56,926 nucleotides of DNA from assembly GCF_001194135.2 (NCBI RefSeq), contig NC_068996.1:29347040-29403965 (forward strand). Reading direction: 5' to 3'. Below the pieces are notes generated by a model. The model saw only the letters and a program-made list of their open reading frames with translations. It ran no database searches and had not been told where the DNA came from. Made by a program: the position numbers and the translations under genes. This document shows, piece after piece, positions 1-12,066 of this stretch. This stretch comes from Octopus bimaculoides. Its lineage: Eukaryota. Position 1 is the first letter of the stretch. Each line of letters opens with the position of its first letter.

Positions 1-22
1 ATATATATATATGTATATAGTT

Positions 23-76
23 GTCACTAAATCCACTCAAAAGGCTTTGGTTGGTCCAAGGCTATAGTAGAAGACA
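23..76 (-). mobile_element. tRNA-derived SINE, internal fragment
   Basis: Reverse complement of ...tgtcttctactatagc...ccaaagccttgtgagtggatt, which is seen in the fuller copies at 661-985 and 52650-53088. Confidence 0.75.
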
Positions 77-112
77 GAGATTATAATTGCCTAAAAACAC
101 TGATCAAGAATT

Positions 113-163
113 CCTCATACTGTCCAGTCAGTTTTGGCAATTACTGTTGCCTCATCAGTAAGG
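113..163 (-). ncRNA. Type I hammerhead ribozyme-like motif, degenerate (G12->A)
   Basis: Minus strand: CCTTA-CTGATGA-GGCAA cagtaa TTGCC-AAA-ACTG actgga CAGT-A-TGAGG. Stems I, II and III and a GUA triplet are all present. Confidence 0.7.
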
Positions 164-347
164 GCTGGCTCAACTTTGGCAGATTCTGGACTGAATTCCC
201 TGTTAGTATATATAATCACTACATACTGCTGTCTATATTAATCTTCTGTAATACATATAGCGGTTCACTGAATGATCCACGAAATTTTGCGGTGAAAACA
301 AATACTGACAGTGTATTCAATCTGGAATTGGCCAAAGTCGAGCCAGT

Positions 348-398
348 CCCTACTGATGAGGTAATGGAAATTGCCAAAACTGACCAGTCACTATAAGG
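348..398 (+). ncRNA. Type I hammerhead ribozyme-like motif, degenerate (G12->A, stem III mismatch)
   Basis: CCCTA-CTGATGA-GGTAAT ggaa ATTGCC-AAA-ACTG accagt CACT-A-TAAGG. Confidence 0.65.
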
Positions 399-448
399 AA
401 TTCTTGATCGGTGTTTCTGGGTGATTATAGTCCCCGTCAGTATATATC

Positions 449-596
449 ATTCATTCATCATCATCGTTTAACGTCCGCTTTCCATGCTAGCATGGGTTGG
501 ACGATTTGACTGAGGACTGGTGAAACCGGATGGCAACACCAGGCTCCAGTCTGATTTGGCAGAGTTTCTACAGCTGGATGCCCTTCCTAACGCCAA
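449..596 (-). mobile_element. RTE LINE 3' end with (GAT)n tail
   Basis: Matches the 3' UTR of the longer RTE copies (catgctagcatggaaagcggacgttaaacgatgatga), e.g. 49850-50003. Confidence 0.85.
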
Positions 597-660
597 TATA
601 TATATGTATATAATTATGTGCTTTGATAACAACATTAGAGCTTTTTAGCTCTTATTTTTA

Positions 661-985
661 GCAAGAGTGGCTGTGCGGTAAGTAGCTTGCTTACCAACCA
701 CATGGTTCCGGGTTCAGTCCCACTGTGTGACATCTTGGGCAAGTGTCTTCTACTATAGCCTCGGGCCAACCAAAGCCTTGTGAGTGGATTTGGTAGATGG
801 AAACTTAAAGAAGCCCGTCATATATATGTATATATTTGTGTGTATGTTTGTGTGTCTGTGTTTGTCCCCCTAGCATTGCTTGATAATTGATGCTGGTGTG
901 TTTATGTCCCTGTCACTTAGCGGTTCGGCAAAAGAGACCGATAGAATAAGTACTAGGCTTACAAAGAATAAGTCCCGGGGTCTAT
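661..985 (+). mobile_element. tRNA-derived SINE (family 1) with internal TA/TG microsatellite
   Basis: Pol III A-box-like TGGCTGTGCGGT and B-box-like GGTTCAGTCC; body shared with several copies in the window. Confidence 0.85.
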
Positions 986-1103
986 TTAGTGGCAATTATA
1001 GTTTTCCTTTTTGGTAAAACATCACACACTGCTGTCTATATTAATTTTATATACACACATACATACATACATACATACATGCATACATATATATATACAT
1101 ATA

Positions 1104-1140
<37 letters not shown>

Positions 1141-1142
<2 letters not shown>

Positions 1143-2345
1143 ACCAACACCACCCTCCTCACCGGCACCCAACATCGACCCTATCGCATCACTGACTCCT
1201 TCACCTGCACTTCTACCAACATCATCTATTGCATCTCCTGCTCTCTCTGCCATTCTCTGTACATCGGACAAACGGGACGCCGCCTGGCTGACCAATTCAC
1301 GGAACACCTCCGAGACATCCACGTTGGCAATGACACCCCGGTGTCACACCATTTCCGCTCTACCGGTCACTTCTCACAGTAACACCTGTCCATGTTTGGA
1401 TTGTCCTTGCACAGGGGCCATCTGGACTCCCGTTTGCGCCATGAACAGGGATTAATCTTCTCTCTTCGCTCCTTTGCGCCACATGGGCTCAACTCTCCTC
1501 CCCTCTTTATCTAAGCCCCTCCCCTTGCCTCTCTCCTCCTCTCCCCTCCTTCCTATTTCCTCCCACTCACCTCTCCTCTCCTGCTCTGACTCCTACTTTT
1601 CTTTACTTCTCTTCACTCCTCTTCACCCTTACTCTTTCTCTCTTCTCTCTTACTCTCTTTCTCTCTCCTCTCTTTCTCCCTCCTCCCATACCCACCTTCC
1701 CCTTCTCTCATCATCGTCCCTTCCGCCTTCATCGTCAACCCTCCCTCATAAGCCCATCCCACCTCTACACACTCCTACCCCACCTTCCCATCCCACCCCA
1801 TCTCATCCCTTACACCCCATCCCTTACACCCTCTCCCACATACTCCACCTCTACCACACCCTCCACCTACCCACATACCCCTAACTCTACCCCACCCTTG
1901 CTTTCCCCACTCTCGCCCCCCACCTCCCAACACCTTCACACCACACCACACTACACCATATCACACAACACATCACAACACACCACCATGCACACACCAG
2001 CACTGACCAATTCCCATCCCACATTTTCACACCTACATGCACACATGCATACGTTAAGATCATCAGCATTCTCTCACACACACGCACCTTCGTTTTGGGA
2101 TCACTACTTTTTTGTTATCTCCCCTTCTTCTTAACTCTCCTGTGTGATCCTTCTGTCCAGCATTCGCCATGATAGATCGCTGACCACTACATATATGTTT
2201 TTTTTCTCTCCTTGTTTCTTTCTGTGTTCCTTTCTGTTGAAGAGCATAGGCTCGAAACGTTAAAGACTTTCTCTATTCTCGAGCGTTATACTAATACATC
2301 CATTTGTTGTTTACACCACCTGTCTTCGTCTGTTGTTTTTTTGTG
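1141..2345 (+). mobile_element. Penelope-like element 3' part: GIY-YIG endonuclease remnant (1141-~1500), C/T-rich tract, terminal repeat region
   Basis: Translation TCTSTNIIYCISCSLCHSLYIGQTGRRLADQFTEHLRDI...HHF, then after a stop ...RHEQGLIFSLRSFAPHGLN. This is the GIY-YIG pattern with CCHH-like residues. Confidence 0.85.
2230..2265 (+). ncRNA. Minimal hammerhead-like motif with variant core (CUGUUGA)
   Basis: CTTT-CTGTTGA-A-GAGC atag GCTC-GAA-ACGT-T-AAAG. The palindromic ACGT stem III is typical of dimeric PLE hammerheads. Confidence 0.55.
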
Positions 2346-2376
2346 AATTCCCCATATATATATATATATATATATT

Positions 2377-2408
<32 letters not shown>

Positions 2409-3220
2409 NNNNNNNNNNNNNNNNNNNNNNNNNNNNNNNNNNNNNNNNNNNNNNNNNNNNNNNNNNNNNNNNNNNNNNNNNNNNNNNNNNNNNNNNNNNN
2501 NNNNNNNNNNNNNNNNNNNNNNNNNNNNNNNNNNNNNNNNNNNNNNNNNNNNNNNNNNNNNNNNNNNNNNNNNNNNNNNNNNNNNNNNNNNNNNNNNNNN
2601 NNNNNNNNNNNNNNNNNNNNNNNNNNNNNNNNNNNNNNNNNNNNNNNNNNNNNNNNNNNNNNNNNNNNNNNNNNNNNNNNNNNNNNNNNNNNNNNNNNNN
2701 NNNNNNNNNNNNNNNNNNNNNNNNNNNNNNNNNNNNNNNNNNNNNNNNNNNNNNNNNNNNNNNNNNNNNNNNNNNNNNNNNNNNNNNNNNNNNNNNNNNN
2801 NNNNNNNNNNNNNNNNNNNNNNNNNNNNNNNNNNNNNNNNNNNNNNNNNNNNNNNNNNNNNNNNNNNNNNNNNNNNNNNNNNNNNNNNNNNNNNNNNNNN
2901 NNNNNNNNNNNNNNNNNNNNNNNNNNNNNNNNNNNNNNNNNNNNNNNNNNNNNNNNNNNNNNNNNNNNNNNNNNNNNNNNNNNNNNNNNNNNNNNNNNNN
3001 NNNNNNNNNNNNNNNNNNNNNNNNNNNNNNNNNNNNNNACAACCTGTGTGATCCATAGGGATCTTTGATATTAAAATTGTAACCTTCTCATCAGGGAAAG
3101 CATGGGAATCATCTTAAACGTAAGACATTATGACCGATTATGAAAACAATAGATGGATAAGGTTATGACTTGATTCATTTGAAAAAAACCGTTAGAGAAT
3201 ATATATATAGATAGATAGAT

Positions 3221-4185
3221 AGATTGGAGCAATCTCGAGTATAACCAGCCAAAAATGCAAATATAACAAAGATAATCTGGAACTCGAGTGAGGAAAGAAA
3301 ACTCCGAATGACCTGTCCTTGTTTTCTTTGTATCGTCTATCTGGATGTTTTGCTGTCCCTTTTTTGTATCACCTGGATGTTTTGTGTTCTTGTCCCATTT
3401 TGTATTTTTTATATATAAAACATATAGCAGCATATGTACACTTTGGTCTCTTATATGTAAGTACATATTAATTTAAATCTTGTACAACTCTATTCTTTCT
3501 ATTATTCTTCCCTTCTTTCTATCAGCCCTTTCACACTTCCTTCATTCATTCCACTCCACTCTTCGTTCTTTCGTTCCCCCTCTCACACATTTCCTTGCCT
3601 TCTCTTCATGCTCACTTTCCCTCTTCTTTTCACTTCACTGTGTCCCTGTCATTTTTTCTCACCCCTCCTTATTTCTTCTGTCCTTCTGCCTCTACCTCTT
3701 TCTCTTCTCTCCCCATGTGACCAGTATTCAGCCAAGCCTGACCTTTCTTTCTTAGTTCGTTTGCTGTTCGTGCAACATCTGTATTCCTTTCTGTACCTGT
3801 GAAATCTTGTATCCCTGCTGTAAGGCTTTACTTCCACACATGCCAGCTTAATTTAATTCATCCTTAGTTGAAAGACACCTGTTGTTATGTCCTGTTATTT
3901 GTATTTGTGTAACATTCTCCGTTTTTTTTTTCCGTCCTTGTTTTCATATATATTCCAAGGAATTTAATGCTCTTAGCTTAGTTTTTCCTTAGGGCTGGCC
4001 AGATTGGAGCAATCTTGAGTATAACCAGCTGAAATTGCAAAGATAACCTGGAACTCAACTGAAGAAAGGAAACTCCGAATGACCCGTCCTTGTTTGCTTT
4101 GTATTGTCTATCTGGATGTTTAGTTGTCCCTTTTTTGTATCACCTGTCTGGATGCTTTGTGTTCTTGTCCCATTTTGTATTTTTT

Positions 4186-4190
<5 letters not shown>
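3221..4190 (+). repeat. Pair of ~190-bp imperfect direct repeats (3221-~3415, 4001-~4190), unclassified
   Basis: agattggagcaatct(c/t)gagtataaccagc...actccgaatgacc(t/c)gtccttgttt occurs twice, 780 bp apart. Confidence 0.8.
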
Positions 4191-4218
<28 letters not shown>

Positions 4219-4596
4219 NNNNNNNNNNNNNNNNNNNNNNNNNNNNNNNNNNNNNNNNNNNNNNNNNNNNNNNNNNNNNNNNNNNNNNNNNNNNNNNNNN
4301 NNNNNNNNNNNNNNNNNNNNNNNNNNNNNNNNNNNNNNNNNNNNNNNNNNNNNNNNNNNNNNNNNNNNNNNNNNNNNNNNNNNNNNNNNNNNNNNNNNNN
4401 NNNNNNNNNNNNNNNNNNNNNNNNNNNNNNNNNNNNNNNNNNNNNNNNNNNNNNNNNNNNNNNNNNNNNNNNNNNNNNNNNNNNNNNNNNNNNNNNNNNN
4501 NNNNNNNNNNNNNGTGTGTGTGTGTGTGCGTGTGTGTGTGTGTGCGTGTGCGTGTGTGTGTGCGTGTGTGTGTGCGTGCGTGTGTGTGTGTGTGTG

Positions 4597-4915
4597 ATTA
4601 TGCATGACTTAGTGGTTAGGGTTTTTGGCTCATGATTTTAAGGAATTCAATCCCTGGTGAAGTGTTGTGTCCTTGAGCAAGATGCTTTATTTCATATTGC
4701 TCCAGTCCACTCACCTGCCAAAAATGAGTAGTGTTTGTATTTCAAAAGGTCAGCTCTTTTACATTCTGCATCAAACTGAATCTCTCTGAGAACTACATTA
4801 AGGGTACATATGTCTGTGGAGTGCTCAGCTTCTGGCACATTAATTCACGAGCAGCTGTTCTGTTGATCAGACCAACTGGAACTCTTGTCATTGTAACCAA
4901 TGGAGTTCTAAGTTT
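4597..4915 (+). mobile_element. Second tRNA-derived SINE family, decayed
   Basis: ttagtggttaggg...ttcaatccc head followed by tgtgtccttgagcaagatgctttatttc...ttgctccagtccactca, a SINE-type core. Confidence 0.55.
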
Positions 4916-4959
4916 GGCATATATTTATATATAATATATATGTGCATATATTTATGTAT

Positions 4960-7710
4960 GTTTGAAATTAGAACAGAGTATCCAGCTCACTTCACAAGGA
5001 TCAGTAAACACTTTTCTGGTTGTAGACCATCAATTCTGGCAATCAGTCCAGTTTTCTTTATCACTGCTTCTGATCACCCATACTAATCGCTTTTACATTC
5101 CTTTTCAGAATTAACCAATTTGAACATGGTAGTGAGAGCTCCTACTCATTCTATCAAACATTTCATAAAAACTAAGGTTACTCCTGTCTTTTCTTGCCCT
5201 TGTTGTCTCCCTCAGGAGAAATTGAAAGTGGCCAAGGCAGAGTTCAATCATATGTTGCAATTGGGGATAATCCACTCTTCTTCCAGTCCATGGGCCTCTC
5301 CATTACATTTGGTTCCGAAATTCTCTGGAGATTTGCATCCTACAGGGAACATTAAACATTTGAATTTAATCACTGTGCTGGATCAATATCCATTCCCTCA
5401 CATCCAAGATTTTGCTTCTTCTCTCCACGAGTGTAATGTCTTTTCAAAACTAGATTTGGTCAAGGCTTACCATCAAATACCGGTGAATCCTGCTGATATA
5501 CCAAAGACTGTTGTGACTACTCTTTTTGGGGTATTTGAATTTTTAACTATGCTTTTGAGTTATGAAAGACTGCCAGTACCTTCCAGTGTTTCATGGATGA
5601 GGTTGTTGTGATTTTGACTTTGTATACACCTATATTGATGACATCCTGATTGTGAGTGTTTTACCTGAAGAACATGTCGCTTACCTCTGCCTACTTTTTG
5701 AGCAATTTAGGTAGTATCAAGTTCACATTAACCCCTGCAAGGTATGCTTCTGGTGCATCTTCACTTGTCCTTTTGGACCACATTATCAGCACTGATGGAA
5801 TATCACCAAGCTCTTCAGGATCTTCCTCCACCTACTTTTTGGTGACAGCTTCAACAGTTAATTGGTCTTCTTAATTATTACCACCATTTTATTCCACATT
5901 GTGCAGACCCCTTGTCTCCTCTGTCTGATCTCTTACGGAATAGAAAACAGACAGACAAGCCTATTTTTCTTGACCTGGTTCATCTTACATATCTGATGCC
6001 CATCTTTTGCTGATCATTGATGCATCAAACACAGCTGTTGGTGCAGTTGTGCAGCAACATCACCAGCCGCAATTACAACCTCTTGCTTTCTTTTCGAAGC
6101 AGTTTAAGCCCGCCGAAACCTGCTTTATCACATTTAGCTATGAACTTTTAGCTATGTACTTTGCAATTAGGGACTTTCGATACTCACTTGAATGTCACCA
6201 TCTATATCAAATATCGTCCGCTTGCTTTCGCACCTTGTTCTAAGCCTGACAAATACTCACCTCAGGAAGCTCATCACCTAGACTTGTTTCACAGTTTACC
6301 AATGGTATTCGTCATATCTCTGGTGCACAGAATGCAGTGGCAGATACTCTCTCTCACTTTCAAGTAAATTCTTTGTCATCACCTTCAGATATCGACTTCT
6401 GTCTCCTTTATGTGGATCAGCCTCCCCTAGAGTCAATCAATCTTGCTTTACCTGACTTTGTGACACGTAGATTTAAGTACTTGCCTGTGCCTACTTCTGG
6501 TGCACAAATATTATGTGATATCTCGACGGCTACACCTTGTCCTCTTGGTCCAGAGACTCAGTGTCAGACTGTTTTCTACACTCTGCATAGTCTCTCACAT
6601 CCTGGACCTTCATCCACAGTGAAACTCATTTCAGTTAGATTTTTCTGGGTGAATATGAGACGAGATATCATTGCTTGATTACATTCTTGCCTTTTTTGTC
6701 AGAAATAGAAGATGCATAAGCACATCTGTGCACCATGTGGCTTGTTTGAGCCACATCCATATCGATCTACTTGGACCATGGCCAGTGAGTTAAGACTTTA
6801 CATATCTTCCTTACATGCATCGACCACTTTACATGTTGGCCTGAAGTTGTCTCTTTATGTGATATTACAGCAGAATCAGTAGTGCAAGCCCTGGTATTGG
6901 GTTGGATATCGTGCTACAGTGTTCTTACTATGATAACCACTGACTGTGGTAGAATTTGAATCCCAGCTCTTCCATGAGCTTTCGAAAATTCTAGGTGTGC
7001 AGTGAATTCAGACTACTAGTTACCATCCAGCTTCAAATGGTATGGTGGAATGTTTCCACCACCAATGGAAGACTTCACTGTGTGCTTATCCTGACCAACA
7101 TCGATGGAGCAAGAACCTATCCATTGTTCTTCTGGGCTGCTATTCAACAGTCAAGGAGGATCTTGGATACTCTCCTGCAAAGCTGCTTTATGGAGAACTG
7201 TTATCTTTACCGGGTCAGATGCTGGCCTCAGTGGACTTATCCACCGAAGATCCTGCTCTCTATGTCAACAAACTTTGTTCATATTTCACCAATCTTCCAC
7301 AATGACCTCTCAGCAATAGACTGTTACATCTTTGGTCCCAAAGGTCATTGCTTCATGGACCTATGTATTTCTTTGCAATGACTCTGTGAGAAGTCTTCTC
7401 ACACCACCATGCACAGGACCTTACTGTGTCCTTTCCAACACTAACAAACTTTTCGCCATAGACATTAATAGGAGAAAAGAAACTGTATCAATTGATAGGG
7501 TAAAATGGGTTTTTACAGACACTCTTACAGCAGAGTCACATACCCACCTCACATACACTGTTCACCATAAAACAGATGCTACACCTTTGCATTCACTACC
7601 TTCACAATTGCACGCACCTTTCCCACCTCCATCTCCATACATCACTTTCATTTGCAGTGGTTGTCATGTACACTGTCCCGCTAAGCTGTGCAAGACTATC
7701 TATATCTGAA
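4960..7710 (+). mobile_element. Ty3/Gypsy LTR retrotransposon pol, pseudogenised (RT, RNase H, integrase zinc-binding and core, GPY/F)
   Basis: SSSPWASPLHLVPK, FSKLDLVKAYHQIP, YIDDILI (5632), IDASNTAVGAV, SYELLAMYFAI, HSLSHPG, YHPASNGMVE, TGPYCVL. Domain order RT-RH-IN; many frameshifts and stops. Confidence 0.95.
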
Positions 7711-8385
7711 CTGGCTGATGTAGTGCAAACTGTGAACTTGCCTAAGTGCATTGAATCACCTTTCATGCATATTTTCCTTTTGCCTTACTGTATTACTTTG
7801 CTTCTTTTTCAGCATTTTGCTTTTTTCATTTTGCATTTATGTGTTACCTTTTGTAATATATTTTTTTTTTTTCCTTTATTTTGATTGCCTTTTCGGTCTA
7901 AGCAGGGGGTTAGTTGTAGAAGAACTATTTCAATTTGCTGGAACAGTATCTATGTATGCATGATTCGGTTAGTGCAGCTAACTGTCATTCAACCCACACA
8001 TAAATACACATCGTCATCTTGTCACCAGAATCGCATGAAAGCTTACACAGTTCTGGCCGGGTTTTTGAAGCAATAAAGCTTATCTACTATGTCCCTCACT
8101 AAACTCACAACCATGTTCAACTTTTCTAAGGAATGTACATTCTAAAACCTATTGGATTATGTAGCTGCTCAAGCATTTGCCATGTTTCTGATTCTTACCC
8201 TTGTGAAATACTGTAAGTGCATATTTTGTAATATGCCACACAAACACCATTTGAAAATTGTCACATTTTGAAAAGAACTCTGGAAAATTTCTTCTGTTAA
8301 CCTTGGACACCATAAAGCCATATTTCTTTATGCTATATCCAGCATGCTGACAAGTTTCAATTTACTTCCTTCATTTTATAATAAA

Positions 8386-8760
8386 TTATTGCCTCCGCCT
8401 TAGTGAAGGTGGAGGTATTGTTTTTAGTCGTGTTTGTTAGTTTGTTTGTTTGTGGACAAGATATCTCAAGAACTGCTGGATAAATTCAGATGAAACTTTC
8501 AAGGATATTTGGCCTCATGACTGGCACAAACAGATTAGATTTTGGGGTCAATCCAGTGCCAGACAAGGATTCTGGATTATTTTTCCTGTGTTTTTACTTA
8601 ATTTTTGAGAGTGGTCAGGTTCATTTTTAGTACTCTCGTTTGTGAGAGCAGTCGAGTTTATTTCAGATATTCTCATTTTAAAAATCATCTCTGACTTATC
8701 ATTGAGAGGACGTTGTTGTTGCCTTGGTGGAGGTTTGTGCTCTTGTTACTATTGTATTCA
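8386..8760 (+). mobile_element. Non-autonomous Helentron/HINE (DINE-1-like) element
   Basis: Subterminal inverted repeats cctccgcc(t)tag / ccttggtggagg, a (GTTT)n tract after the 5' subTIR, no terminal TIR or TSD. Confidence 0.6.
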
Positions 8761-8799
8761 ATCTTCTGACTTTCTTAGAGCTATTCATCTCAACTTATT

Positions 8800-10630
8800 G
8801 AAAACCTCAGATGATAATTTAGTCCCTCTCCACTAAACCTGCAATGATGAACTTGAAGAAGAGTTCCTATCGCAAAAAAATTACTCAACCAGCATAAACA
8901 ATTTGAATGCTGCTGAAGATGCAAAGAGGGACAAACCCAGATGATATGCAGCAATTGATGAAAAATAAAATTCTTGAATTTGTTGAAATACACTTAGCAA
9001 TAAGAAAAGAGAAGCAAAAAGCAACCATAGATATTTACAACAACTATGCCTCTTGATGGAAAAAGCAAGAAAGCAAGAACCATAGGTTATAACTCATAAA
9101 AACATAAAAAGATCAACAAAGAAGTTAAACAAGTATGTTGGAAAGATGAAAACAATTACATCACCAATTTGGGCAAAAATTTAGAACAAGCAAAAGGCAA
9201 TAACTTGAAAGGTCTTTTTCAATAGGTGAAGGAATTCAAAGAGAATTCCCTGCAAAGATGGGCAGTATCAAATCACAAGAGAGAATAGTCCTAATAGCAG
9301 CACAAACAGGTAAAGCATAACTGGTTAGAATGAATTATATGAAAGTGATCCCAAGGTTACCTTGGTTGACACAATTTTAGGATATGAGAAAGAACTTGAA
9401 CTTAGAAGTGAGGTAGGAATAGCTCTGGAAATAAAAAAACAGGAAAGCACCAGGTGTAGATGCAGCACTGATTTAACTGATCGAGGGTACAGGAGAGAGT
9501 ACCATAACAATACTCCACAACCTCCACTGAAAGAACTGGATAGAGAAGGAATGGCCATCAGATTGGTGCACAACAGAATGTGTAGCCATCTACAAAGAAG
9601 GAGACCTGCTTATGTGTGAGAATTATCAAACAGTTTCTCTGATACCACATACAAGTAAAGTACTTTTGATTAACATCCTAGAACATTTGTAACCATTCTT
9701 TGAACAAGAAATAGCTAAAGAACAAGCTGGCTTTAGAAGTGGACATGGCACAATAGATCATCTGCACAATCTCCATATAATTTTAGAAAAAACAAGACCA
9801 CACAACATTGACTAGAGAAAGGCCTTTGACTGTGTGAACTATAACTACATGTGGCACATCATGGCAATCCAAAACACCTCATTAGGCTCATCTAGCAGCT
9901 TTGCATTCAGCAAGAGTCTTGCATTCAAGTAAATGAGAACATAGAAAGGTTAAAAATGGGGAAAGGGTTCATCAGGCTGTATTCCTTCTCTATGCATATT
10001 CAACATCTGCACTGAGTGGATAATATGAGAAGCTATACTAGAAGATGGCATCAAAATAGATGGATTACATATTTCTAATCTCAGGTATGCAGACATTACT
10101 GTTCTATTTACCAAAACTGAAATCAGACTACAAATGACAGAGTTGAAAAAGTATCAAATACACGTGGTCTTTATCTCAAACATAAACAAGACAAAGGTCA
10201 TAGTAGTAGGAAAAGAGAAAGTAAGTGTTAACATTAAACTGGCCAGGTTGAATTGTACAAGTATCTTGGAGTCCAAATCTCTAATGAAGATACATGTAAG
10301 AAAGTAGGACACAACAAGTCATGGCAAGAACATCCATGGAGAAACTTAATATCTGGAGCAGCAAAAGTGTCCCAACTATGTTAAAAACAAGGTTAGTGTG
10401 AAATCTCATTTGGTTAATAGGCATTATTTATGGTTGCAAATCATGAACTCTGAAGAAATTTGAAGAGAACATAATCAACGCATTTGAAATGTGGGTGTAT
10501 AGGAGAATGTTACGAGTCTCTTACAATGATCATCAGACAGGAATGTTACAAGTAGGTGAAAGACAATAACTTCCAAAAATGTGAAAAGACAAAAGCTCAT
10601 CTATTATGGTCATATTCAAAGAGCAGCAAT
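8800..10630 (+). mobile_element. RTE-BovB-like LINE, heavily decayed RT and C-terminus
   Basis: ENYQTVSLIPHTSKVLL, EQAGFRSGHGTIDH, KAFDCV, QGCI, ISNLRYAD, NKTKV, YKYLG, FEMWVYRRMLRVS. Confidence 0.85.
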
Positions 10631-11559
10631 CTGAGGTCTTTTCTGTTTGGCTGCCTCTTTTCAATTGCCTCAATTTTTGTTCCAATTGATTTCATATTTG
10701 GTGCATTGGTATAGTTGTTTTTCAGTACTCATTGACATGAAATCAATTTTCGACATAGATTAATGAATAAAAAGTTAATAGCTTTTAAAGTTTGCAAATT
10801 TTGGGTAATTTTAGCCAATCAAAAATCACTGACATATAGGTGCTTGTTTTCATAGTAACAAGTCAAGATGTTACCAAGATGCTTACCCATGCAATCAATT
10901 TTCACTTATTAAATGCTTAAAACACATGAAGTATGAGGTGGTCATGGGATATGCTAAAAATAATAGCTAAATAAGTCTTAATTTTCTTTTCTATTTTTTT
11001 TTTTCTTGCATAATCAGACATGAATGTGAAGATGAAAGACAACTTCTGAACATTGTGAAAAATAAAAGTTCATTTATTGANNNNNNNNNNNNNNNNNNNN
11101 NNNNNNNNNNNNNNNNNNNNNNNNNNNNNNNNNNNNNNNNNNNNNNNNNNNNNNNNNNNNNNNNNNNNNNNNNNNNNNNNNNNNNNNNNNNNNNNNNNNN
11201 NNNNNNNNNNNNNNNNNNNNNNNNNNNNNNNNNNNNNNNNNNNNNNNNNNNNNNNNNNNNNNNNNNNNNNNNNNNNNNNNNNNNNNNNNNNNNNNNNNNN
11301 NNNNNNNNNNNNNNNNNNNNNNNNNNNNNNNNNNNNNNNNNNNNNNNNNNNNNNNNNNNNNNNNNNNNNNNNNNNNNNNNNNNNNNNNNNNNNNNNNNNN
11401 NNNNNNNNNNNNNNNNNNNNNNNNNNNNNNNNNNNNNNNNNNNNNNNNNNNNNNNNNNNNNNNNNNNNNNNNNNNNNNNNNNNNNNNNNNNNNNNNNNNN
11501 NNNNNNNNNNNNNNNNNNNNNNNNNNNNNNNNNNNNNNNNNNNNNNNNNNNNNNNNNNC

Positions 11560-11670
11560 ATGGAAGGAAGAGTAGAGGGTAGTAGATCAAGAGACAGGCA
11601 AAGAATGCAATGAATGAACAATATTAAGAGCTGATTGGACAAGAGTGGCAAGACAGCTGGAGAACTCACA
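11560..11670 (+). mobile_element. RTE C-terminal fragment, possibly the end of the 8800-10630 element
   Basis: MEGRVEGSRSRDRQR resembles the GxVEGxRxRGRP terminus of RTE ORFs. Confidence 0.55.
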
Positions 11671-12066
11671 CTTAATTGGGAAGACTTTCATTGAAGTATC
11701 GTTAATCCGCTGCAGGTCAGTTAATAAAAAGTTATGCACACTTGTGCATGGCTTTTGGGTCAACTTTTGTTTATGTGTGTGTATTTGTGTGTAAATAGGA
11801 GCAAAAGGAGGACAGACAGATGGTAAGAAGCTTGCTTCCCAACCAATTGGTTCCTGGTTCAGTCCCAACATCATTCATATTTTTGCATGGGTATGTCTGC
11901 ATTATCATTATTGTTATTTATATTAATTTATGACTATAACTATTGTTTTTATAACTGTATCTATTTTTATTAATGTATATATTATTAACTTTAACGGTAC
12001 ACTGTATTCTTCCTTCTTAATGATTTCATCATGTTTTAAATATGTTAAATTTCTTTGTATGTCCTT

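Larger units (their letters stand above)
73..438. repeat. Foldback element: ~137-bp imperfect inverted arms (73-209, 301-438) around a ~90-bp spacer, each arm carrying a hammerhead-like core
   Basis: The reverse complement of the left arm aligns by eye with the right arm (e.g. gccaaagttgagccagcccttactgatgaggcaac vs gccaaagtcgagccagtccctactgatgaggtaat). Confidence 0.9.

Noticed and set aside
661-730. tRNA gene
   Set aside because: The A and B boxes are present, but there is no full cloverleaf and it continues into a multicopy SINE body.
2304-3068. Long ORFs in the ORF track that run through N gaps (also near 4.1, 11, 14, 26.8, 32.8, 44.7, 49.2 and 54.1 kb)
   Set aside because: They consist of X runs and dinucleotide-repeat translations (YIYI, HTHT, VCVC) and are not genes.
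3800-3870. Possible hammerhead (ccctgctgtaaggct...agttgaaag)
   Set aside because: Both core boxes and the stems are too degenerate.
7710-7900. 3' LTR of the Gypsy element starting near tgtagtg (~7719)
   Set aside because: No matching 5' LTR, clear PPT or TSD is visible, so the boundary cannot be supported.
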